A DNA stretch of 64,000 nucleotides from Eledone cirrhosa. Its lineage: Eukaryota. Positions within the stretch are counted from its first letter, which is position 1, and each line of letters starts with the position of its first letter. Shown here piece after piece: positions 13,660 through 29,175 of this stretch. The stretch lies in the NCBI GenBank assembly GCA_964016885.1, contig OZ024741.1, positions 126,232,001 to 126,296,000 on the forward strand, written 5' to 3'. Both the position numbers and the translations under genes were made by a program. The notes under the pieces are model-generated. The model saw only the letters and a list, made by a program, of their open reading frames with translations. It was not told where the DNA came from and made no database searches.

Positions 13660-13862
13660 TATAGGTATAAGGCTAGCAGTTTTGTGGGGAGGGGAAAGTC
13701 GATTAAATCGACCCCAGTGTATTACAGGTGTTTTATCTTATCGACCCCGTAAGGATGAAAGGCAAAGCTAACCTCGGCGGGATTTTAACTCAGAAGTTAA
13801 AGGGACGTAACTCTATGCTACGAAGCATGTTCTCTGACGCTTTATCGATACTCCGAATCCAA
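13660..13862 (-). mobile_element. SINE family A
   Basis: Reverse complement of the family A body and B box. Similar minus-strand copies at ~14645-14825, 19530-19668, 20050-20190, 32080-32260, 36160-36310 and 37952-38058 (the last with TSD AGTGTTAGTAAGTAAT). Confidence 0.8.
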
Positions 13863-16164
13863 AATATAATGACCGAGAAAAATCGGGTGAGGTAGACGGA
13901 GAAACGTGTACAGATGCGCTTGCTATTATTTATAGCTATCAACTATTATTGTGGTCATTTGAGTTGGGAGGCACACATGTTATAAGTTTTGTGTTTACAA
14001 AATATTTTCACACCAAAACTTCAATTAAGATCATTTAATTTTACGCTATGTGAGATGAGCATGAAATTAAATTATATCGGATTAAATAAATATCATATTC
14101 AAAGCGTTCGAACGAGAATAATGTAATCGATTTGCTCGGGTAATTTTTGTTGTTGATTAATGTGATATTAAAACAATTGATGATATGGTATTTGTTTATA
14201 TAATCTGTTCATTTCTATAGCTAATATCATTGTACTATGCATATTTCTTGTGGTCCAGACGCTTCTACCAGGAACGTGTCGTGTGAGATGAAACTGGTGA
14301 CGTGCAGCGAAGCGCGAGGCTTACAGTCGTGTCATACTTAAGGTGTTGGGTATGTTAAGGATTTAGTGCATCTGCCGGTGGTGTCTTCCCATGGCCCTGA
14401 AACTCAACCGCTAGTAGGTATAGACCCACAGGACTGTGAGTGGATATGTACAGAAGAGTGATTTTCTAAATTAATATTTTTATTTTTCGTTCTACGTTCA
14501 AATTAAAATCCAGTTGTAGTGGGATAGATTTTCTTACCGATATATAAACGTACCAGTAATATACTACAATTCTATCGATGACATTGTCTTCAGGAAAAAT
14601 AAACTAGCCAACGAATCTTAAAAACAAGGTACAGACACGTTAAATAATTTTTTGGGAGGGGGAAGTCGATTGAATCAACCTCAGTGCACTACTGGTACTT
14701 ATTTTATCGACCTCGTAAGGGAAAAAAGGCAAAGCTAGCCTCGGCGGGATTTGAACTCAGAACGTAAAGGGCCATAACTATATGCCGCTAAGCATGTTGT
14801 CTGACGCTCTACCAATTCTGCTAAGACACTGACATGAAGCACGTTAAATAATGTAAGTATAAACACCCCAGTGGCTAATCAACAAAGTATTTGAAATTGT
14901 TATACAATAAGAATGAGAACTGTTTATATGGTCACCGAATAGTGTGAGTATATTATGTTTTTAATAAAGCATTTGAAACTTTGAACTTAGCTCACGGGCC
15001 CTCAGTACCCTTTTGCGGAACACCAGATATCTGCGGTGCACAGGTTGCGAACCACAGAAATATAGACTTCTAATATTGGCTTTGAGTCAATGTTGTTATA
15101 AATATTATGAGATGCTATATTTCATTACTGTCGACGAATTGAATGATATATAGTTTTTTCATTACAGAATATTTAAAAAGAATTCTTTGGTTTCATGCCA
15201 AATAATTTTAAAATCTATTCTAAAAAGACCTATGTATGTATGTATGTATGTATGTATGTATGTGCACAGATATAATGTTATATATATATATTATAGTTGT
15301 TTTGCTTAATAAATGAGCAAAAGAAAAAAAAAGCTTCAACTTAATGAATTTTCTGAAATAAAATCCATAGAAATTATAACCGGATATCTTATATATCTGA
15401 ATGACAAGTTCCAATGATAACAATTAAATAATGACAAGTTTATGGTTTTATTGTTTTTTTAAACCGTATTTCATTGAATTTATTGAGAAAACATTCACAC
15501 GTCACTTTTCTGATTTTTTCAAAATACCGGTGCTGTGTTGTAGCGAGCAAAGTGTTGTGAGTGTGCGTGTTATAATTCTTAAATAGGATTACATGGGTTT
15601 CATTTGGAGACACAGATTGTCATCACTCGAATTATCAAGGTCGAAACACCCGAGGAGTTGAATAATAATTATACATGAAAGGTGAGACAACGAATGAGCC
15701 TCTACTTGGTTGCTCAATTTGGTAGACAAATTTCTTAAATCACACTATTCTTAAAAAGATAGGACCCACACGCTGTCCAAGATACACAAGATAATAAACA
15801 AGAATAAATATAAGGAATGTACAAACTCTATATCCTCTGTTAGACAGCATACTTCAGCTTTGTTTCCCAGACAAGATGGCAAAGGCTTTGGCGCGAAGAC
15901 AGAACAGTCAGCATTATCCGCTCATCAACTATGCTATCTCACAGAGCTCCTTTCTCAGATGTGTGAGAAATTTAGTGGAGGTTGGGCGGAGTACAAACTC
16001 TACACCTTTGTTTGGACAATATTTCTTCGTTATACTCCAATGGACAAGGTGGCGAAAGTATTGCCTCGAAGAACAGACAGTAGTATTGAAATATATATCT
16101 TAGTTTGTATTAACACTTCACTGCATATTCCTAACAGTGAAGATGTGTAGCTTACTGTTTGGAT

Positions 16165-16450
16165 TGTTCATCACAAAGCCGTGAGGTCGTGAGTTCGATT
16201 TCTGTCATCTGTATCGGTCCTTGAGCAAGATAGTTTATTTCACGTTGCTCAGGTTCACACAGCTGGAAAAAGTGAACTGTATCTGTAATTCAAAGGACCG
16301 TTCATACACCGTGTCAACCTGAATCTCCCTGAGAATTACGTTACGGGTATGCTGTCTGTGGAATACTCAGTGACTTGCACGTTAATTTTATTAACAGGTC
16401 GTCATGTTCGAACAAGTGGAATGAATACTCGTCGTAGAAATCGACTGAGG
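16165..16450 (+). mobile_element. CORE-like SINE family B
   Basis: GAGTTCGATTT..GTCCTTGAGCAAGATAGTTTATTTCACGTTGCTC. Related copies at ~16955-17150 (-), 26498-26830 (+) and 26980-27270 (+). Confidence 0.7.
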
Positions 16451-17329
16451 TCCAAAACACATATTGCTTGTCTGTGTTATTGCCTTTAGTAAGATTTCAG
16501 ATTTTTTTTGTATTTTTGTGTTGTGACTTTTGGATAATTCACAAAAAAATACGTTAAAACAAATTAAAAAAATGATATGCACTCTTGGCTATGTATCAAA
16601 GTATCTGAAGATGGCGTTTATCGAATCTATTCTGAAGTCATGGCTGTGTGGTTAAGGAGCTCGCTTCGTGACTACATTGCTCAGGTCCTGTGGCGCGGTG
16701 CCTTCGACAAGTGAAAAATATATATATTTATAAAAAGATTCAGGACCCCCGACAGCTGAGCTCTGGCCATTTCGACAGCTAGATCTGAACGCATGCATGC
16801 TCCTGTAACTCCCGTAACATCCCAAAAGGATGAAAAGCAATGTTGACCTCGATAGGATTTTATCTCACAGTGCAGATTGCCCGAACGATTATCACGAATC
16901 ATACTATTGAATGTTCCATGTTCCGTGGCGTTAGGCGACCGAGAGCACAATACCCCCCCCCCCTTGGGCAGGACGCCAGTCCATCGCAGGGTTAAACCCC
17001 CAGCTATTGCTGGTACTCATGTTTCAGTTGAGTATACTGGAACAACATGAAATGAAGTGTTTTGCTCAAGAATTCAACACGCAACCAAGTCCAGGAACTG
17101 AACCCACGACATTATGGTCGTAAGTCCAACACCCGTACCACTGGGCCATCTATGTGTGTGTGTGTGTACACACACACACTCACACACACACATTTATATA
17201 ATGTGTGTGTGTGCATCCATTTCCCGTAATGTAGCGGTTCACACGAAGTCGATAAGATAAGTACTTTGCCTGAAGAAATAAATACTGGGGTTGAAATGAT
17301 CGTTTAAATGAAGTCTAATGACTGAAAAT

Positions 17330-18827
17330 CATCATCATCATCATTCGTCGACTACTGTCGAGATGATGGATCTCACTCTCATGCCCCAGAATTCCCTGTC
17401 CCCCATCGCTGCCCCCAGGTCCTGTCTACTGATTCCCGTATCCCTAGAGATAACGTCAGGGAATGACAGCTTCCTACTCCTAATCAGACTGGAGTCAGGG
17501 TTCCAGAGCAAGAGAGCGGATATGATTTCATTGCTGGCACGGTGACAGTGGCCAGCAAATTGAGCTCTCCGGGATTTTAGAAGGGCAGAGGCTCGAGGGA
17601 GTTTGCCATAGATTTTAGACAAGGTGGGATGTCGTTTCCAGGATAGGTTTTGCACTCTCATTAAGAGGCGGGTATATGTGCCATCCAATCTCCTCTCAAG
17701 TTGTGATGTTAGTGTCCAAGTTTCGGATCCATAAAGTAATATGGGCTTAATGGTTGCTTGGAATATTTCCAGTTTTAGCTTGTTGGTAAATTTGAGATGT
17801 CCATATGGCGTGCATGTCATTGCACGCTGACCATGCCATACCCTTCCTGGTTAGAAAATCTTTTTTGGAGGAGGAGATATATGAGCCAAGATACTTGTAA
17901 TCTTCCACCTGCTTAAGGGTGGTACCATTAAGGGTTCTGATGGGGTAGTTTGGGATGTTTGCGCATCTGTTCACATACTCAGTCTTAGATTCGTTGAGGT
18001 ACAGTCCAACACAGTTGGACGCTTGCTCTAATGACTTCAAAAGACTCTCAGCATTTTCCAGTGACCGACTGATCAATGCGATGACGTCAGCAAAGTCGGT
18101 GTCGGTCAAGTATTTTGCTGGGTAGCGTGAGCTTCTCCTAGGCTGTAGTTGGTATCCCCTATCCTGAATCCTATCCACAGACATGCGCAAAACATAATCC
18201 ACAACAATGATAAATAGATACGGAGCAAGGGTATCGCCCTGTAAAATTCCAGCGAGGATTGAGAAAGGTGGTGTTTCCCATCTGGGGTCAGGACAGTTGA
18301 TTTGGTATCTGTATACATTACACGTATGGCCGCGATGATTTTATCAGGAATCCCATAGAGTTGTAGAATTTCAAACATCCCCGACCTGTCTTCTGAGTCG
18401 AAGGCTTTTGAAAAATCAACAAAGATGAGTGCAAGGTCTAGATTGCGGTTTTGGGACTCCTCTATAAGTCGGCGAAGGCAGAGAATCTGGCTAAGTGTTG
18501 ATCTACCTCTCTTAAATCCATTCTGGTTGTTACGAAGGATTATCTCAAGAAATGGGATTAAGCGGTTAAGAAGAAGCTTGTTGTATATTTTTGCAGCAAT
18601 TGCCATGAGAGAAATTCCTCTATAGTTGGTGGCTAAAGAAAGATCTCCTTTTTGGGGCATGGGGATAATTTGAGCTGCATGCCAGACGCTAGGTGGTTTA
18701 TTGGTCTCGAAAGTATGGTTACATAAGTTGAGCAAAAGGATGTGGAAATGCTCATCCTTCTAAATCAGGGTAGGTATATTATCCGGCCCAAAGGCTTTTG
18801 AGGCTTTGAGCTGTTTGATGGCTTCTT
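17330..18827 (-). mobile_element. 5'-truncated RTE-type LINE, frameshifted, with (TGA)n tail and 11-bp TSD
   Basis: RT motifs across ORFs 18106-18735, 17747-18202 and 17341-17820; (ATC)n at ~17328-17343; TGACTGAAAAT at 17319-17329 and 18828-18838. Confidence 0.93.
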
Positions 18828-19384
18828 TGACTGAAAATAGTAAGAGATTAAAAACAGCTTCCATTAATTCTAATGGTGCTATAAATCTTAACGCAAGGTT
18901 CTTTTTACAAAACACCCAAATAAGGTAAGACAAGCCCATTGAATATTTTCAATTATTGTATGAAATTAAAAAAAAATAATTTCACAATCCTGTTCAGGAA
19001 CGAGTGACAAGATCCCAGATCTTCCTCGCTTACCAAGTGGGGTGGGACCCGTCAGATCAGACCAATGTTTCCATTGGTTTTTGAAATTGTTGATACTATC
19101 TCCCTGTTGCAACATCAAATGTCTTGGTAAAAGGCACAATGCATCACCCGACCCAAGAATCGAACTCAGAACCTCACCGTTGTGACTCCGGGTCTCTAAT
19201 CGCTAATTCTACAATAGTTGAATAATTGAAGAAACGAAATAATTCAGATAACCAAAATGAATTCCACTGCAGTTTATTGTATATCACAATTGTAAAATAT
19301 GGTAAAAATACAAAACATTGGAGAAACTTTAAATTATACCCTTGTACCGAAGAATTTCTCTTGTCATTAATGTAGCAGAATTCA

Positions 19385-19830
19385 ACTGATGTTATAAAAA
19401 CGATAACGCTTAACGATATCACTGTAGAAGTATTGACAAAATCATGATTTACTTTGAAAATAAACTTAAAGCCAACTGCCAAAACTCACCATTTTCTATA
19501 GAGTTGAACGAGTCTGTCATTGCGGATAATAATTGTTTCTACTTTTGGCACAAGGCCAGCAATTACCCAGTGCATTACTGGTACTTTATTTTATCGACCC
19601 CGGAAGGATGAAAGGCAAAGTTAACCTCGGCGGGATTTGAACTCAGATCATACAGGGAAGTAACTCTTTTCTTGCGGATAACAATTCTGCTTTATTAATA
19701 GCATGTGTATAGTACTTTCATGAACAATGCATTGCAAGAAGAAACGCTATCAGCGTGAATTCTAATTAAAGATAGAATACGAAGATGTACCGATATTTAC
19801 TGCTCCGAAAAAAGTTTCACAAATAAAGAA
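19385..19830 (+). mobile_element. Degraded hAT (Charlie-like) transposase fragment interrupted by a SINE
   Basis: Manual translation SIDKIM..NSPFSIELNES..ALLIACV..LQEETL resembles the hAT RRIDEM..FSLQLDEST..ALLLAYVR..EELLF block. TTGCGGATAA is duplicated around the SINE. Confidence 0.6.
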
Positions 19831-20644
19831 AGCATTATCGTGTTTGATCAAATCAGTCCCTAAGCGTTCCGTATTCTTTATTGGAAAATATCTGATTTCA
19901 TTCTTTATTCTACCTGTTCATCCATACATGCAGAGTCTTAGGGTCACCATCGTGACATAAGGTGTGTATTGGGAAGATTAAACCAAGTGAAACCCCATCA
20001 CTTTCCAGGTCGAAACATTGCCGATTTCTTGTAGAGCAAGAGAGAAAGAGGGAATCGATCCCAGTACTGGTGTAATATTTTATTTATTAATCCCAAAAGA
20101 ATGAAAAGTAATGCTGACCTCGATGGGATTTGATCTCAGAGTGCAGATTGCCCGAACGATTATCACAAATCATACTATTGAATGTTCTATGAAACCTACC
20201 AATAATATGAATGGAATGGACCTCCGCGTTTTCGACGATAAGTGTTTCAGTTTTTTTATCAAGAAAATAGCCTGCTCAGGAAATTAGTGTGAAAGTGGTT
20301 GAGCATTCCTTAAATACCTTTACCTTAAAGGTAATGTGACACAGCTGACCCCTTTTAATTACAGGTACTGACCATTCAACGGACATCCAAACAGTTTCCG
20401 TTTACCCAATTTCAAACACAATGCTTGGGCCATCTCGAGAGTAAATGATACTTACCAAAAATTTCGCGAAGTGGGAACGAATTTGCGACCTTTCGTTTGT
20501 GAAGTGAACTTTTAAAGCATTTACTTATAATGTTTCCACATAGCTATACATCAAATGAAATCGAATTGAGAGGATGTTTCGACAGCTTTGCGAAGATAAT
20601 AATGAGAAATGTATTAGATTGCTACTACGTACAGATTGTGCAGA

Positions 20645-20975
20645 CACTAAAATGCTTAGGGTTGTACAAAACATAAATTGGTATTACTCATGAAACTTTA
20701 TATGGAAACTTGCCTAAAATAACAACTACAATTGCTCAAAGACGGTTACGATGTGCAGGATATTGTTGGAGAAGTAAACAGGAAGTTATACACAAGCTCC
20801 TATTGTGAGAACCAACTCACGAGAGACACAGTAGAGGAAGACCTCGAACATTAATCGATCAACTCCCAAATTATAGAAAACTCAGTAGGGAACAATTGCC
20901 AGGAGCAATGGAAAATCGTGAATTGTGTAGAGCCTTTATCAGGAATGGGCAACTTTGGTTGCAGTGGTGATGACT
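20645..20975 (+). mobile_element. Old RTE LINE 3' fragment
   Basis: Translates as MLRVVQNINW..LYGNLPKITTTIAQRRLRCAGYCWRSKQE..LL*EPTH..RGRPRT, matching the C-termini of the two RTEs above. Confidence 0.8.
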
Positions 20976-21824
20976 ATACAAAGAAGGCTGTTGACTTTTG
21001 AAAGGTGAAATTTTGGCACATTTGATCAATTCATGTTAAAGCTGTCTGAATACTCAGCTGAAAATAAGTGCCAGCAATAACTGAGAGTTTAATTCTGCGA
21101 TGAACTGGTGTCTGTCCAGCCCAGGGGAAGTTTTGTATTCTCAATAGCTTCATGTCAAAGAAACGTGGATAAGCACCAGTCTAATGAGCCTCGGAGCTCG
21201 AGGCGGACTTAGAACTTAAATTAGATATTGCAAAACAATTTAGAGACATTTTGGTTCTTAAGGTATTGGATTGGATGGTGAATCATTTCAATTCAAACGC
21301 TGCGGAAGGAGACCTTCTATTGCAAGGAAGAACTTGTAGAACCGTAATATGTTGAAGAAAGTAAATTTAACAGCCATTTCCACCAAAGTTTATAGCAAAA
21401 TAAAAATTCTTAAATGTCTGCTTTATATCCAACTATGTGGAGGATGATATCTAATTTACTGTTGTCTTGCCTATTTTGTATGTAAATCATATTTTCACCA
21501 AAGAGAAATTCTCTGAACATCACCGAAAGAGGAGACTTTAATTTCCTCCAACTGCTAGCTTTTCTGAATTAGGTTCGATTTACGAGAGGAATGTGAAATA
21601 ATCTCAAGTAATTTAATTGTGTTACACCGGATATGTTACTTCTTTTTCTATTAAAATATAAGAGGCTGCAGTTCTTCACTTTCCCCTGATGAGGCCCTAA
21701 GCTATATGAAATAAAAAATAATAGGGCCCTAAGCTATATGAAATAAAAAATAATTATACATGATTATAATCTATTAATGATTACAAAATTAAATTATATT
21801 AATGTTAATGATAAATATATATAT

Positions 21825-21858
<34 letters not shown>

Positions 21859-21882
21859 ATATATATATATATATACATATAT

Positions 21883-21944
<62 letters not shown>

Positions 21945-21971
21945 TATATATTTAATATATATATATATATA

Positions 21972-22568
21972 ATATAAAATATTAAAAAAATAAAGAATAA
22001 AACAATGAAACAGTTCCTTATATTAAACAAAAAAAGTTCATTATTTAACGATCGTTTCTAGGATATATATGTGTTAGAATTGGCATGCATATTCAACAGA
22101 TCTATGTACAAAATTATACAAAATTATACAAACTATCAAGATTAAATATACATACCAAACACACATATATGCCGTCTTCAGAAATAATTATTTCTGAAAT
22201 AATTATTTCTGAAATAATTATTTCTGAAGACGGCATATATGTGTGTTTGGTATGTATATTTAATCTTGATAGTTTGTATAATTTTGTATAATTTTGTACA
22301 TAGATCTGTTGAATATGCATGCCAATTCTAACACATATATATCCTAGAAACGATCGTTAAATAATGAACTTTTTTTGTTTAATATAAGGAACTGTTTCAT
22401 TGTCTTATTCTTTATTTTTTTAATATTTTATCTTGACTCTGTATTCCGTTTATCTTTCACCGAAAGTGATTTTTCATTGCATCTCTTCTTTCCATGATAT
22501 CCGGACTACATTGAGTTCTTCATACGGATTGGACACTACCGTAAACTCTTGGTAGATTTATCTACATA
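21972..22568. mobile_element. Fold-back palindromic hammerhead element, copy 1 (~230-bp arms centred at 22202/22203 plus ~135-bp unique extension), in (TA)n
   Basis: Mirror-image ORFs 22085-22291(+) and 22114-22320(-); centre is 3x GAAATAATTATTTCT. Confidence 0.9.
22217..22365 (+). ncRNA. Type I hammerhead with 116-nt stem II (mirror copy 22040-22188 on the minus strand)
   Basis: ATTATTT-CTGAAGA-[GG.ATATATGTGTGTT/AACACATATATATCC and TGGTATGTATATTTAA/TTGAATATGCATGCCA]-GAAA-CGATCG-TT-AAATAAT; 7-bp stem I; palindromic stem III. Confidence 0.75.
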
Positions 22569-22611
22569 TATATAATATATATATTTAATATATATATCAT
22601 CCCTACCACAG

Positions 22612-22843
22612 AGGTCCGACGAGCTTTTGATTCCAGAGTCTGGCTAGATTAATACAGATCGAATCTTGAACTGATCAGTAGCAAAAGGCGCGTCACCAAC
22701 CAATAAACGTAATGAAGGAGTAACCATTCGTTCTTATTTTATTATACTACACTCTGTCTAGCTCTACATCTCGATACTGACGTGAACCTAAACATCGAGT
22801 GCTCACCCGGATGAACCTACAGTAACTCCGCGTTACACTCCCT

Positions 22844-22846
<3 letters not shown>
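22612..22846 (+). mobile_element. (TA)-inserted element with a decayed hammerhead (CCGACGA core); family of 4462-4585
   Basis: GGT-CCGACGA-GCT...AGC-AAAAG-GCGC-GTC-ACC plus the shared downstream sequence. Confidence 0.55.
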
Positions 22847-22885
<39 letters not shown>

Positions 22886-22892
22886 ATATATA

Positions 22893-24996
<2,104 letters not shown>

Positions 24997-27900
24997 CGTT
25001 TGATGATTTAGTGTTAAAGAATAATAACTAATGATAAAATAAAAATATACTTAAAAAACGAAGCTTCCGAGGGTGTGAGACCCCAAGGTATAGCTTATTT
25101 AGCTTGTAGATAAGACCAGTACCGAGGTGGCTGCTACAAACATGCTATTCTCACGAAAATTACAAACGTAGACACTATGTATTAATAGGTTGGCGAGTAG
25201 TGTATTAGGTAATACATGTCCCATTTTTGGGGTTCCCCTGATCCTCCTCCTTCGTGCATTAGATTTTTGGGCCAAACTCCAAAAATTGTCATTAGTGTCG
25301 TCTCGACGTTTTCCAATAACTCCCTAAAAGGTGACACAGTTGGTCTCGTTACACACACTTCTTCTCATGAAGTGAAATGATTAGTGGTCCAGTTACATCA
25401 ATCCCTTGCTGGAGCGGCATAAACGATGAAGTGGGAAACTGAAAACATGTATGGGTACAATCAAGTTATATTTTGAGCTAATAACTGGTTATTGTATAAG
25501 GTGTTTCCAAAAATTAGATATCATTCGAGATGTAAGTATCCAAGAAACTACCACAGTTTATTGTGAATAAATATTATAATGTTGGCAAAGTTTGAGAAAT
25601 AAATCTTATGTTGCTCAACATTAAGTCTGCCCAGTCTCGTTGTCTTAGAATGTATAGTTTCTGGGATATTTATATCTCAAATGATATCTATGTTTTTAAA
25701 ATACCCTGTATATATATATATCTGCTGTTGGAACCGTGACTGGCTGACCATATTAGCGTCTGATATCTGTAATCGCTCTACATAGGAAATATCTGTTCAC
25801 TGTGGATGCTCTGCTTAGAGCTAGTTTACGGTGTCCGCCATCGGAACCATGACTGTCTGATAACGTGTTGAACGTCTGCGATCGCTGTGCATAGGAAGCC
25901 TCTATTTGCGATCATGTGAACTCATAGTTTGGAGCCGGCTCTTTTACGACTGAGCTAGAGCTAAACGATAACACAATCTAACACCATGGTTCTGTCATTT
26001 TTGTATGAAAAAGCATATTAGTGGAATGCTGCAGAGTTGGTTTTTGATATCGTTGTCAGATATATTGTTTATAACATTTTTTTATATATTTATCGTCTTA
26101 ACTGACATTTTCTTTTAGTGTGTTCACATGATGTTTCATTTTTTTAGACAAACTAGACGGCAAAAACATTTCATATCAAAAGCATCATTTATTGTGATTG
26201 AAATAACTGGAGATGTAGTTCTTTTATTTTCACTTTGTCATTAGCAAAATAAATTTATAAAAATGCAGAATAAATAAAAATCAAATAAACACAAAAAAAT
26301 AGAAAAACAAGCAAACATTCTTATAAAATATCTAGTGTTAAATTTATAATAAAATGGAGGTCATGCGACATCTCGCGTTCACCATAATAGTTTCTTACAT
26401 TCACACAAATTAACTATTATAACACGTTATGAGGAGACAGTGGGAAGCATTGACAATCGAACTAAAATATTTTATCCGTTTCTGTGTTGAAACAAGCATG
26501 GCTAAGTGTTTAAGAAATTTGCTTTGCATTCATGCGGTTGTAGGTTTAATCCTACTGTGTGGCATCTTGAGCAAGTGTTTTAGCTTAGATTTAGTTTCCC
26601 AACCCCGAACCTTGTGAATGAAAATGCGGAGGTGAAAACTGTATAGAAGCCCGTTAGTTTGCTTGCACTTGTAATTCAAAGGTGGAACCCTGTCGCATGT
26701 TGTGTATCGTTGATTCTTCTTGGGATTTACATTAATGGGTACACATGACTATAGAATATGCAACCACTTAGACATTAATTTCCGAGTTGGAAGTTTAGAT
26801 GACTGAACAACCGAATGATGATCATAGGAACCGTTTGTTTGTTTATTCGCCTGTGTTATGAGTATAAATCCACCTGGGTCAGGTCGACATCTTCTTTCAT
26901 CTGTGTCCTCAGTAGATAAAATCAGTGAAGGTAATACACCTGGGTAGGTTTGGTGAAATACATCTACACGTGGACGCAACATGGCCAAATGGCTAAGAGG
27001 TTTGCTTTGCAATCATGATGTACTGGTTTCGATCCCACTGCGCGACATCTACCTTAGCTTCGCCTCCTTTGAAACCTTGTGAGTGAATTGGACGGATAGA
27101 AATCCCATCAGATTGATTGTAATTATAATTCAAATGGTTAGATTTGTCACATGCCATGTCATGTGAAATCATATTATCCTGTTTTATGTGTACACAGGTC
27201 TGTGGAATATTCAGCCGAATACACGTTAATTTCACGAGCAAAGAGTAGAATACTCGTAATTGAAAGTGATGAAGGTTTATTCGTACAAATTGATTTTGTT
27301 TCATAAAAAGAAATCCGTTATAGATAATAAAAAGCAACGTCGTCTTTCATCGCTTCCTCCCGTTCCCAACACTTTCTCGATTCTTCGGGATCATCCACCT
27401 TTCATTCACCAGGGTGAGGACGCAGAGTGAAGTTGTCAGTTTTGTCATCAACGATCGTGCATGAAACAGGCCGCAATATTGGCTTACATGATAACCAGTA
27501 GCAGATCATGTTATATGACCTGACACAATATTCGACATGAAGGTGTGTGGCCTGGTGTAGAGAGTGTTGGACTTACGATCATAAGGTTGTATGCTCGATT
27601 TCTGAACCATGCGATACTTTTTGAGAAAAATGTTTCATTTCACGTCCTTTTACATGACGGGAATGGGACTCTTACCAGTGACACACCCGAGAAACCTATG
27701 AAAAGCAACCTCATAGAAGGCCTCGAAACTTGCTTATGTGTGAGCTATAAAATTATTTTTTTCTATCATGATCTACTGACAATTCGGTGGATGATGCACT
27801 GGCTTAGACAATGAAGTGTTAAAACAATTAATGTAACCGAGACTTCCAAAGCTAAATCTTCTGCCTGGATGACACAATGAAGTGCCTGGTTTGAATATGA

Positions 27901-28971
27901 CATCATGAACTCGTGACCAATGAACTGATATTCTAAATAGTCCACTTATTCCACTGTGTGGAGAAAAATAATCTGAAACATAGCCATCATGAATTGCTAA
28001 ATCTACACCCGATATACTTCCAAAATCAATACATTGATATACAATATAGTGAAAATCGATATCAGATGTCACCATAGATATCTCTAAATTTACAGTTAAA
28101 GAGAGAGGTAATACTGCTCATATCTACATCACATAGGTAGGTAAACATAAATAACCCTCCTTCTCTCTACAGTTTTATATTTACTCGTTCTAGACATCAT
28201 GGCAGTTCTTTGTATTTACAAATGATAGTTTTCAACGAGGAGACGTATTGATTTCTTTTAAATATAGATTTCAATCGATCAACTGCAAGTTCAACGTTTT
28301 TATCGTTGAAGAATTGTTTTAATAATGTGTTACTTTTCATCAAAGCCGCATGTATGCGACAAGTTGAGCTCACAACGTAGAGATAATAATATAATGATGT
28401 ATTTCTTATGAAAGACACTGCCAGTGCTTTTCAAATAGCTTTGAAAATAATCAAGAATTTGGTGAGATTTAGTAATAAAACTAACTTTTTTCATATTGAG
28501 TTGGCACTTGAAATATAACTTGAAATATATACTGTAATATAAAATTATGATGGAAGTTTTTTTTTTAAATTATAAATATTTTTAATGAAAGACTGCCAAT
28601 AATTTTCAAATCAAGAATATGAAATCGTGTGAGTATTGCCAAGAGGTATATGCTTATTTCATAGACCCCCTCCAAAAAAGACATATAGCTACGTTCCACG
28701 GGACTTGTCGAAACTTCTACAAGATTATAAGATCAATGGACAGCTTCTAGTTTCTTGAAGTCCTTATATGAATGGCTTAATATTTGTGTTCAGCGATATA
28801 CATTGCATCTAGCATTCCACGTCACAGGGCTCCTTTCTTAGCTACAATACCGATTTGTGAGCAAAACTCTAACCCCCCCCCCTCCACCACCCCGGCTTGA
28901 CTACATATCTTAGCAGCACTCCGATGACCAGAGGGTGAAGGCGTTGCCATGGAAAATAGTCATCGATTCCC

Positions 28972-29175
28972 AGCTCCTTTCTCAGGCGTAATGGTATGTT
29001 CCATATGAAGAATTATAAACAGGAGGAAAAGCTTTAGCGGAGCTCCTTCCTCAGGGGTGACGACCTTCTACCGGTTGAAAATTATGCAGTGAATGAAAAT
29101 GTTTCGCAGAGTTCATCTCTCAGGCGTGATGCTATCTATGTAAATAATTATACAAAGGACGAACTTCTCGCATCT
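28972..29175 (+). repeat. Three diverged ~69-bp tandem units
   Basis: Units start at 28972, 29041 and 29110 with AGCTCC/AGTTCA..CTCAGG and an internal AATTAT. Confidence 0.7.

Noticed and set aside
14201-14345. Acceptor-like TTTCTATAG followed by a short hydrophobic reading; similar case at 42648-42770 (-)
   Set aside because: Too short, frame ambiguous and no linked exons; cannot support a gene.
21686-21752. CTGATGA-GGCCCTA..TAGGGCC as a functional hammerhead
   Set aside because: The GAAA half is replaced by a short tandem duplication at GGCC; counted only as a truncated remnant.
22085-22320. Identical 68-aa ORFs on both strands (61-aa versions at 33294-33508)
   Set aside because: A by-product of the DNA palindrome; the central repeat count differs between copies and there are no protein features.
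25722-25912. Diverged ~110-bp tandem duplication
   Set aside because: Two poorly conserved units with no coding or structural signal; not CRISPR-like.
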